This document shows positions 52,571 to 64,000 of a stretch of DNA of 64,000 nucleotides, one piece after another. The stretch's first letter is position 1, and each line of letters begins with the position of its first letter. The notes below the pieces were generated by a model. It did not search any database and was not told the origin of the DNA. It was given only the letters and a program-made list of their open reading frames with translations. This DNA comes from Euglena gracilis (lineage: Eukaryota): positions 1,240,001 to 1,304,000 of the forward strand of contig CP154954.1 of the NCBI GenBank assembly GCA_039621445.1, given 5' to 3'. Made by a program: the position numbers and the translations under genes.

Positions 52571-53500
52571 GAAACTTCCTGGGATTGTAATATTTGCCTG
52601 ACACAATCAAGCAGGCCAATTTCCACCTTGGGGGGGGCATCTCCTCCCCCCAGCAGTTGGTGAATAGACCCCATTGGGGGGGTACCAACAAAACTTTGCT
52701 GCCTGGCTTTCTGATTGCCATTAATTGGCGCCACCATGATGTTGAAGCCCAGTGGGGTACGATCAACAGACAAGTCAGGTCTGGTTTTAACATTAATCTC
52801 TGAACCCATTGGGGAATGATGCTCCAGGGGGGGTTTGCATAAACTGGGGGGAGGCCCCTCAAATCTGCCTTCAAGGCATCCACCAGCAAAGCCCCTTGGT
52901 GGGGGTATCGACAAACAAACTTGGGGAATTTTTTGTTGCTGGGTATGCAAAACATGTCCACCTCTGGGGTGATGTCCTGTCTGAAAAATTTCAGGATTTG
53001 GTGAAAGATATGTAGGTTTAAGGTATAATCCCCTGGGTCCTTTTGCTCCCTGGTCAGGGAGTCTGCCAATTGCTCTTTTGTGGGGACCCAAACCACCTGC
53101 AAATTGATTTGCTTTTCTTGGCAATGATACAGCAGGGGTTTTAAAATGGAATTTAGGTAGGGCTTTTTGCCTCCCCATTTTGTTGGACAACTTACAGCCA
53201 CTTGGCTGTCCACATGAAGCATTATGGTTTGTTTTGGTTTTGCCAGACTTTTTACTGTCTCCACTGCTGACATCAATTCTTTTTGGTTGATGTGAAGGAT
53301 GTGCAGGTCCCTCCAAAAATCCTGCACTTTTTGGCCTGAGTTTTTGTCCAGCCCCCCCCACTGCCAGGTGCTGCTGTCTGAAAACAGATCCTGAGAGGCC
53401 TGGGATTGAAAGGCTCTGCCCACACCTGGCTGCAAAAACGCTTTTAACTCCACAATTTGATCTTTGACCCCCTGGGGAATGGTTAGGGTGTGGTCCCAAC
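52545..53500 (-). CDS. DIRS RNase H plus N6-adenine methyltransferase-like domain
   Basis: LFSDSSTWQWGG..HINQKELMSA..LHVDSQVA..LADSLTR (DIRS RNase H), then EVDMFC..VYANPPW..LIVPHWASTSWW (DIRS MT domain). Confidence 0.85.
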
Positions 53501-54664
53501 CCCACTTTGTGTGCAAATTGTTGGCCGGCCCCACCCCCTGTGCGCCGCCGGTCGCCCCCGCGACCGGCGAGTCCCGGTGGGCCGAGGGCCCGGGGGGGTC
53601 CTCGCCGTCGTGGAAAACCACCGACAGCCGGGGGGTGGGTGTTTCCGGGGCGGGGCCTGCGCTTTTTCTGGGGGTTGGTGGGCTCAGGCCAACTCCCATT
53701 TTTTCACCCAGGTGTTTTCCCCTACCCCAGCCGGTGCGTAGGATCGTTTTTTTAATGTTTTCTGAAAATTTGGTGAACACCGAAAAATCTGCCATTTGCA
53801 ATGAAATCGAACTTTTCTCTCTCAAATCTCACTTTTCTCTCTTTCTCTCTCACACACTCTCTTGCACACACCAACCCACAAACCAACCCGCTGAATCTGA
53901 AATGAATTCCAACCCACTGGAGAAGCAATCAAACTGTTGGAAATCTGTGAGAATGACTGAATGTGATGAAAAAAACAACCTGGGGCAAGGAAGAGGGGTA
54001 TAGGGTATAGGTGGCGGTGAGGGTGGCGGTGTTGTAGGTCTCCTTCTTGATTTCAATACCAAATTGCCTTCAATAACTCCACCAACAATGCAATGACCAA
54101 CAATGTAATTGCCAATTCCAATTCAACAATGTGATTGATCAAATCCAATTCAATGTATTTCTTCTTTGCCAAATGATGGGGAAAACCCCTCAAGTTCTGT
54201 GAAAAAACAGAATTTGAAAGCGCAAACTAATTTGACCCGCTTCCAATTTAAGTCGCGGGTTTCTCTAACTGATTGGCTGTTACCCGCGACTTTGAAATTT
54301 GCGCTTTCTGGCAATTTTTGGCTGCCGGCGAAAGCCGGCGGCCGACACCCCCTCCCTTGCGACCTTAGTCGGACACCAAAAACTCGCCCCCCCCCTTTCC
54401 TCAACAAAGAGGGGGGAAGTCCTCCAATCGGCACTCCTTCACCCAAAGCCTATGTCCCACACATGCTCCCTTGAACCAACCAAACGGAAAACAAAATTCA
54501 GGGACTATGGCTTTCAAGTGCCTTCAAACCCTTGGGAAAGACTCGGTTCACCAACCAATGAATATTTGGCTGCCCCCCCCCCCCCCGCGTCTCACGGGTG
54601 GTACGAGGGTCTTCACCAAGATCTGCCCCCCCCCTTTTCAACGGGTCGGGGGATTTTGGTAAAA

Positions 54665-54952
54665 ATTCGGTTGGCGCCCCCCCCCCCCTCGGGTCGGGGG
54701 GATTTTTGTCAAAAAAACCAAACGCCCCCCCCCCTCCTCGGGCCGGGGGGATTTTTGTCAAAAAAAATCAAACGCCCCCCCCCTCCTCGGGCCGGGGGGA
54801 TTTTTGTCAAAAAATCAAGCGCCCCCCCCCCCTCCTCGGGCCGGGGGGATTTTTGCCAAAAAAATCAAGCGCCCCCCCCCTCCTCGGGCCGGGGGGATTT
54901 TTAAAAATCCAAGTGCCCCCCCCCCTCCTCGGGCCGGGGGGATTTTTTGTCA
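54665..54952. repeat. Minisatellite, ~6 copies of a ~50-bp unit
   Basis: GCCCCCCCCCTCCTCGGGCCGGGGGGATTTTTGTCAAAAAA repeated head-to-tail without unique spacers. Confidence 0.85.
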
Positions 54953-54997
54953 AACCGAAGGAGGGCTCATTATGTGACCAAGAACACCCAAACACAA

Positions 54998-55242
54998 TGT
55001 AACCCATCATCTCAAAGAATCAATCTCCGAACCTACAACACCGGGAGAGAAGAGGAGAGGACGGCAAATATAGGCGCAGTGGGGCGAGTACAAGTACAAA
55101 TATAAGTGCGGTGGGGCAAATATAAGCGCAGTGGGGCGAGTACAACAGCAATGCGGCGGCGAATATGCTGAGGTGCCCCGGCCCCCTTGCGGGGCCTTTT
55201 TCTCCAATTTCCATTCTCCTTGCCAATTCTTGCATCTGTACA
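54998..55242 (-). repeat. Putative 3' LTR (245 bp) with PPT at 55243-55253
   Basis: On - strand AAAGGAGAGAA is followed by TGTAC...GTTACA. No second LTR is present to confirm the boundaries. Confidence 0.65.
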
Positions 55243-55403
55243 TTCTCTCCTTTACACGCTCATGCGTGTGTTCGTGCACTCACACCCACACGGACGTGCA
55301 AATCGGGTTTTTGAATTTTGGTGTTGGGTTAAAAACAGCACTTTGCCTTCCCATTTGGCTCACGGTAGAGCCTTGGACAGGGCCCTATGGCTCACCTTAG
55401 AGC

Positions 55404-58400
55404 CTATGGCCCACCGTCAATTTTAAGTTCGGACATGATGTCCATTTTCACTTTTTTCTCACGACAATACTTTACAAACTCTCCACTGAATCTGTGGATG
55501 AAATTTCCAGCCGGTTCCCAGGTTTCCTCCCCGTCTTCATATCCGACCCACTTTGTTAAAAATTCCCACTTTCCATCTTTTCCTTTCCGATGCCTCAAGA
55601 TTTTTTCCACCTCCCACTCATCAGGTAATGCCTCTTCTTCTTTTTCGGTTCGTTTATAATAAAAAAGAGGCACCCCCTTACCTTCAACTTGGGGTTCCCG
55701 ATACTCCTTCAAAAAACTCCTATGAGCTTTTGTCTCCACCCCAGATTTCATCTCAATTACATAACTCCGTTCCCCTTCTCTACCCTTCACGACCCCAGGT
55801 CCCACCCACCTAGAGTCAAGCTTCTCACCCGACCCCTCGGGTCTCCTATACCAAACCGTCGTCCCCACCTTTAGGGGTTCCATTTCTTTCCTCCCCTTAT
55901 TTATCCTTGCCACCTCCTCCTCATGCTTTTTGTTGAGTATCCTAACCACCCTCCCATCAATGTCTTGCATCCTATGGAAAAACTCCACCGAATCCTCACA
56001 TTCTTTGGGTGGTTGGTAGGGTACCCCTGCTAATGGTCTTTCCCTTCCAGTCACAATTTCATATGGGCTCAATCCGCTTTCCCCCTTTACGTCGTGAATT
56101 CGGTCCAAAACTTGGGGTAAAGCTTCAACCCAATTAATTTTTTCCTCCACGTACAATTTTCTCAACACCTCCATTACTTGTTGTCCGGCTCTCTCGACCC
56201 TCCCGTTTGCTTGGTGGTGGTATGCTTGGGAATATGCTTGCCTAATCCCCAAAAGTGCACACATGTTTTTCCACCAAGTGCTTGTGAAATGGCTCCCTTG
56301 GTCACTCGAAATGACCGAGGGAACCCCAAAAGGCCTCCACTGATTTTTCACCATCTCCTTAGCCAACTTGGCACCGGTTAACCCCTTGTCCTTGCATGCA
56401 ACCCCCACAATCCATCCCGAATGCCTATCCACACACAAGGCTAGGGTGTCATACTCCCCCCCATCGTGTAAAACCCTTGGCATTCGAAACAAATCGATGG
56501 CAACACTTGTCATTAGTGCAGGGGGTATGGGTGTGGACTCGATGGGTCCTTTCAAACTCTCCCCCCTCACACTCGCTTGGCATGTGGAACAATTTTTGCT
56601 GCAATTTTGGTTGAGTTGCTTTGCAGCCTTTTCATCAGCCCAAACAAAACGGATTGCCATGTGTTTCCAAACTTTTTCAGGGCCAACGTGCCCCAAAAAC
56701 TCGTGAATTTCTTGAATCACCAAGTGTTGAAAACTTTCAGGCACACACAACTTTTCTTCAAAAAACAATTGACCATTTAGCACTTTGAAGCCCTTTGGCC
56801 AAATTGAATCGCCTTTGGTAGCTACCCATTTTTCTTTCCATGTGGGGCATTGGGAATATGCTTCCCCCCAATCACGCTCCCATACGGGCTTAATATCCTT
56901 AGGGGTCGTACTTGGCAGGGCGTCCCCCACTTCCATACGAGTGTCCCCCCTCGAACTTTCAGCCGTCTCCGGGACAGGGGTCGTCTGCCCCACCCCACTT
57001 TCTCATCCCAAAAATGAACTCGTTTTCTTTTTTTCCTGGGCCCTTGTGAGTGGGTGTCCACAGGGGTATCTTCTCCTCCTGGGTCTCTCCCACCCTAGGT
57101 TCCCCTCCTTGTGCACTCTCCTTTTTCCTCCTGAGGTGTTACGTTTTTGCCACTACGGGTTGTCACCCCCCGTATCCAGGCATTACGTAAATTGGGCTGG
57201 TTTTTGATTCTTATCAGCAAACACTGTTTTTCCTCTTCTTTTTCTTCCCAGACAAAATTTTCCATTTCATCCTTGTCTTCGGCTGACCCGTGCTTACTTA
57301 TATCCCTTAGGGCCTGTGAAGCTGGGTATGCCCACCGACTAAGGATATCGGCTATGGTGTTTTCTTTACCCGGGATATATCCCACCGTCAAATCATACTT
57401 GGAGAAAATTTGGTGCCATCTCGCCCTCCTCCCAACCGGACCACTGGGGGTGTCTAGGACTTCCCTTGTCCAAGACTCCAAACTTTGGTGGTCGGTTAAA
57501 ACCAAAACGGGTTGCAATCCAATCCAACTTTCCCATTTTTGTAGTGCCAAAATTATGGCGTACGTCTCCAACTCCCTGGGGGTCCATTTTCTTTGCCCCT
57601 CGGTCAATTTTCGAGACATAAAAGCCACTGGCACAGTTTTTTTCTCAATCACATCCTGGGCTGTGGGTCTTCCTCCCCCCTCCTTCATTTGCTCTAACGT
57701 TGCCCCCACGGCGTACCCACTGGCATCAACCCTTAGCACAAAGGGTTTATCTGGGTCTACCCGTTGCAACATTAGGCCCGAACACAACCTTTTTTTCAGC
57801 TCCTCAAAAGCTTTTAAATCCTCCCCATCAAATTCCACAGGTTTTCGACTTCCTTTCTTTCCCACCTCCCTGGGGACTTTCAATTTGTCTTGCAACCGGG
57901 CAGCTACTTCCGCATACATGTGAATGTATGCATTGTAATAATTTGTGAATCCCAAAAAGGCTCTCAAAGCCGTAATTGTTTTTGGAACCTCCCACTTTTC
58001 GATCGCTCGTAACTTACCCGGTGCAGGCCTCCTAGTCCCGTTTCCTAAAATCTGTCCACAAAATTCGACCTCCTCCACAAAAAGTTTGGCTTTGAATTCA
58101 TCAGCCACCAAAAGTTCTGTTTTCAGCACCTCCAACACCCTCCTCAAATCTTTTTCGTGTGCCCCCACCAGATCCTCCCCTTCCCCGACCGTTGTCCCCA
58201 CCAGTATGTCATCTATGTACCCTGTGGCGATATCCCTTACTGGTGTCAAACGGTCATCGATCATTTGCTGAAATTGCTGGGGGGCATTTGTCAAACCCAT
58301 TACGTTCACCCTCCACTGAAAAATGCCTTTGGGGGTAAAACAACACGTTATGGGTCGACTTTCTGGGTGTAAAGGTTGTTGGTGAAAAGCTTGCTTCAAA

Positions 58401-59450
58401 TCGATGATCGAAAACATTTGGTTTGCACCATGTTTGACCAAAATGTCTTCAATTTTGGGTAGGGGGTAGTTGCATCGCCTTGTTTGGCTGTTTGGCCCCC
58501 TGAGGTCCACCACCCCCCTCCAAGGAAAATCGTTGGATTTTTTTGGAACTGGAAAAGTCTGGGACAGCCATTCTGAATTTTTGGCTGTGGCTGGCTCAAT
58601 GTATTTTTTGTCGAGCCAGTCTTGTGATTTTTTCAAGTGCCTCTTTCCTCTCACCGTGCATGAAAAAAGGCTTCTGTCTGGTTGGCTTTGCCCCCTCCTT
58701 CAAAGGTATGTATGCATAACCATATTGTCCTCTTTCGGGGGGGTCTGGAAATGGCGATGACCGAAATACCGTCCCCCGGTAATCTTCCAAAACTTGTTCC
58801 CTCAACTTGACTACCCGTTCCTCCTCTTTTTTGTCCTCCCCCTCCCTTGCAATTATCATTCGGTTGATAACTTGCACTGGGGGGTCACTTCCCTCCAAAT
58901 TTGTGGCAACCTCGCCTAGGTTGTCATCACTCAAAAATTGCAATTCATGGTCAACCCCTTCCAATGGCAAACAAAGACCAAGTTTTTGCAACCCAAACGA
59001 AGACCCGTCCGCCACCGTCACATTGTCCACTGAAAATTTTGTGTCATCCCTGAATTTTTGCGGACCCCTCCGTCTTTCAACACCCCGCAGAAAAATCAGG
59101 TCGGGGCTGTCTTTCACCAACGCCTTGTGGTGTGGAAAAATTCCCAGTTTTGCTTCTGCCAACCATGGATAAGAAAGAATAGCATCAACTTTGATATTTG
59201 CCTCATAAAATTCAACCTCATATTCCACCCTCTCAATTTCCCTTTCCTCATTCCAATTTTGTTGTAGGATCATTTTCACCTTTGCACATCTGCTCCCCCC
59301 CGCCAAAGTTTGCCCATTGGCAGTTTCAAACCTTAACGGGTCCTTAGCAGGATACATTAGGTGGTCCCCTATCAACCCTTGTCGAATGAGGTTTGCTTCA
59401 GCCCCCGTGTCAATCAAAATTCTGGCCGTTTTTTCCTCCCCATTTGCCAA
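55404..59450 (-). CDS. pol: Gypsy pol in three frames: protease (58596-59450), RT-RNase H (57095-58654), integrase-chromodomain (55404-56993)
   Basis: ILIDTGAEANLI; IDLKQAFHQ, VMGLTNAP, YIDDIL; VDAS, ELE, TDH, ADILSR; HHCC finger, IDL, SDQGSHF, QANGRVER; WEVEKILRHR..FLTKWVGY..ETWEP. Confidence 0.93.
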
Positions 59451-60217
59451 CCTAATCTGGGTTTTAACAGAAGTTGTCTGTTCCTCCCCCGAGTTTTTTG
59501 CTCCTCCCCGAGAAACTTGTTTGTTACAGTATAATTTTTACTATTTTTTTTTTGAAAAAAGGGTTAACTTAAAGTTTTATGTTTTTGTTTTAGGATATTA
59601 TAATTTGAATCAAAAATTTAATAAAAATTTCTAAGTACTATTTTAATCTAAGTTTAAATATTGATTAAAAATAATTGGAAATACATAATATTTTTTATAT
59701 ATTTTAATTTTTATTAAATTAAATGTTATTTCTTAAAAGAATCAATATTTAAAATTACCTGTAAGTTTCAAAAGAAAATAAAAATTTTTATTTTTGTTAC
59801 GAGTTATAAAGATCGCTTATCTAATTTTAGATAATTTTAGTTTTGACAAAAGCTGTGTATATGTAGTAATATTTTTTCAGTTTGCGAATAAAGTATTATA
59901 ATAAAGTTATACTTTAATTCATTTTAAATAATTGTAGTTGTGTTTTTCTAAGTTGTAGCTTCTCTGAATTAATTTTTTAAGATATAATAATTTGAATATC
60001 ATTTCTTTTATATTTTTACAAAATTAAAAAATAATATTTAGGATTCTATTAAACGGTTTTATTAAGGTAGGAAAAAATTCAATAAAATTCTTATTTTAAT
60101 TGCGATTTGTTGTATTTGTTAATATGGAATTTTAACTGGTATTCGTTTTTAAGAATTATAAAGCAAAATGATTATCTATATCTTGTTTTGTTTTTAAGGG
60201 AGCTTGCTTACCTGTAC

Positions 60218-61088
60218 GAGGAAAGATTGGAGATTCAAGCGATTGCTGACGATGTTAGTGCGATTTGGTTTGTATTATTTTTCAATTCTAGATTATGATT
60301 ATTTATTTACAAAAATCTTAATGAATAAATGCTTTAGTTTATAAATATTTAGTCTTAATTTTAAGATAATTAATTGTTTTTATTAATAAATTTTTTTTTT
60401 ACATTTTAATTTGTTTTATAAAATTTTTTATTTTTTAAATTATATATACTTTTTTTTTTTGAAAAAGGGTTACTTAAGTTTTAATGTTTTTTTGATTTGA
60501 ATTTTATAGATCTTGTGGTAAAATTTATGAAAAAATATGATAATATTAGTACTTTAAAAAGTTCTAAATTATTTAAAATATATATGTTTTTTAATTATTT
60601 AATGTTATTTTATTTTTTTAAATATTTATTGAATGTAAAAATTTTATTTGTTGTTTTATAATACTAATTTAAATTTTTATAATTCAAAAGCTTTTTAAAA
60701 TTTATATAAAGTATATAAAATATTTTTTTTTTAATAATAATTTTTTTTAAAAAGCTTTTGAATTATTTGATTAGTTATTTTTCATCTTGTATTACAAAAA
60801 ATATTTAGGATTCTAAAACGGTTTTATTAAGGTAATATGTTTTATAAACATTTTATTGTTTTGGTGGAATTTTAACTGGTATTCGTTTTAAGAATTATAA
60901 AGCAAAATGGTTTTAATATCTTTTTTTTTAAGGGAGCTTGCTTACCTGTACGAGGAAAGATTGGAGATTCAAGCTTTTTTTGTTTTTATTTTTATTTTTT
61001 TTATTTTTTATGATTATTTATTTTTCTTATGAATAAATGCTTTAGTTTATAAATATTTAGTCTTTTTTAAGATAATTTTTTTTTTTTG

Positions 61089-61120
<32 letters not shown>

Positions 61121-61245
61121 TACTTTTTTATTTTTTTTTTTTTTTTTTTTTGATAAAATTTTTTTAAATATTTTTTTTGTTTTTTAAAATATATATATTT
61201 TTTAATTATTTAATGTTTTTTTATTTTTTTAAATATTTTTTTTTT

Positions 61246-61290
<45 letters not shown>

Positions 61291-61894
61291 TTTTTTTTTT
61301 TTTTTTTATAAAAAAACTTTTTTTTGCAATTTTTTTTAATTTTTAGAAATTTTTTTTTTTTTTTAAATATGTTTTTTTTTTTTTTATTGGCACTGGTTTT
61401 TTTTTTTTTTTTTATTATCGTCCAACTGTTACAGAAGCTTTTCTTTCTGTTAAATATATTATGAATGAAGTTAATTTCGGGTGGCTTATTCGTTCAATTC
61501 ATCGTTGGTCCGCTAGTATGATGGTTTTAATGATGATATTACATGTTTGCCGAGTTTATTTAACTGGTGGGTTTAAAAAACCTAGAGAGTTAACTTGGGT
61601 TACGGGTATAATTTTGGCAATTTTAACTGTTTCTTTTGGTGTGTTACAGGTTATTCTTTACCTTGGGATCAAGTTGGTTATTGGGCAGTTAAAATTGTAA
61701 CAGGTGTTCCCGAAGCTATTCCATTAATTGGAAATTTTATTGTTGAGTTATTGAGAGGAAGTGTTAGTGTGGGACAGTCTACTTTAACTCGTTTTTATAG
61801 TTTACATACATTTGTTTTACCTTTGTTAACAGCTACTTTTATGTTAGGACATTTTTTAATGATACGTAAACAAGGCATTTCTGGACCTTTATAA
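60218..61894 (+). CDS. petB: Cytochrome b6, damaged as assembled; exon 60218-60257 and last exon ~61410-61894
   Basis: [13 protein letters not shown] followed by a GTGCG intron, then [48 protein letters not shown]. There is an extra GT at ~61640 (frameshift), and the start of the last exon is replaced by poly-T. Confidence 0.93.
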
Positions 61895-61961
61895 AAATTC
61901 TTTGTGTTTATGATTTTTACGATGTATTTCTTAATTATAAGGAACCCTTGAGCCTTGTTTA

Positions 61962-64000
<2,039 letters not shown>

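Larger units (their letters stand above)
51217..53825 (-). mobile_element. DIRS-type tyrosine-recombinase retrotransposon, RT deleted, left end not located
   Basis: Order on - strand is gag-like, RNase H, methyltransferase-like, YR, ICR, terminal repeat. ICR 51578-51679 is complementary to the right end 51217-51272. Confidence 0.85.
54998..59520 (-). mobile_element. Ty3/Gypsy LTR retrotransposon with chromodomain integrase, 5' part (gag, 5' LTR) cut off by the plastid junction
   Basis: PR-RT-RH-IN order, polypurine tract and 3' LTR present. Confidence 0.93.

Noticed and set aside
51690-53500. Prophage integrase or bacterial restriction-modification methylase
   Set aside because: Linkage to DIRS RNase H, ICR and terminal repeats explains both domains.
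54665-54952. CRISPR-like array
   Set aside because: Head-to-tail units without unique spacers, no cas genes, eukaryotic context. The 10-bp arrays at 27510, 41410 and 36500 are hAT-like subterminal repeats.
55689-59267. Plus-strand ORFs over the Gypsy pol
   Set aside because: Antisense shadows of the minus-strand coding sequence.
61630-61650. Programmed frameshift or RNA editing in petB
   Set aside because: A GT slip next to visibly corrupted sequence makes error far more likely.

Overview
Three-part window, almost certainly from Euglena gracilis or a close euglenid. (1) 1-~3790 is AT-rich chloroplast DNA: five psbD exons split by group II introns, including a twintron inserted into domain V. 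(2) ~3790-7815 is an aperiodic A/G-only tract, probably an assembly or basecalling artefact. It leads into ~52 kb of GC-rich nuclear DNA carrying one very long, many-exon + strand gene (staphylococcal-nuclease-like repeats at the N-terminal end) with mixed GT-AG and euglenid nonconventional introns, many hAT elements/MITEs, an RT-deleted DIRS-type tyrosine-recombinase retroelement and a chromodomain Ty3/Gypsy element. (3) ~59525-64000 is chloroplast DNA again (garbled petB, intact atpB exons). The main signal is a continuum from young hAT MITEs (CAG...CTG ends, 8-bp TSD) to nonconventional introns, whose N3-CAG...CTG-N5 geometry removes the element plus exactly one 8-bp TSD. All exon and splice models are read by eye, have no RNA support, and lie in sequence with homopolymer indel errors.
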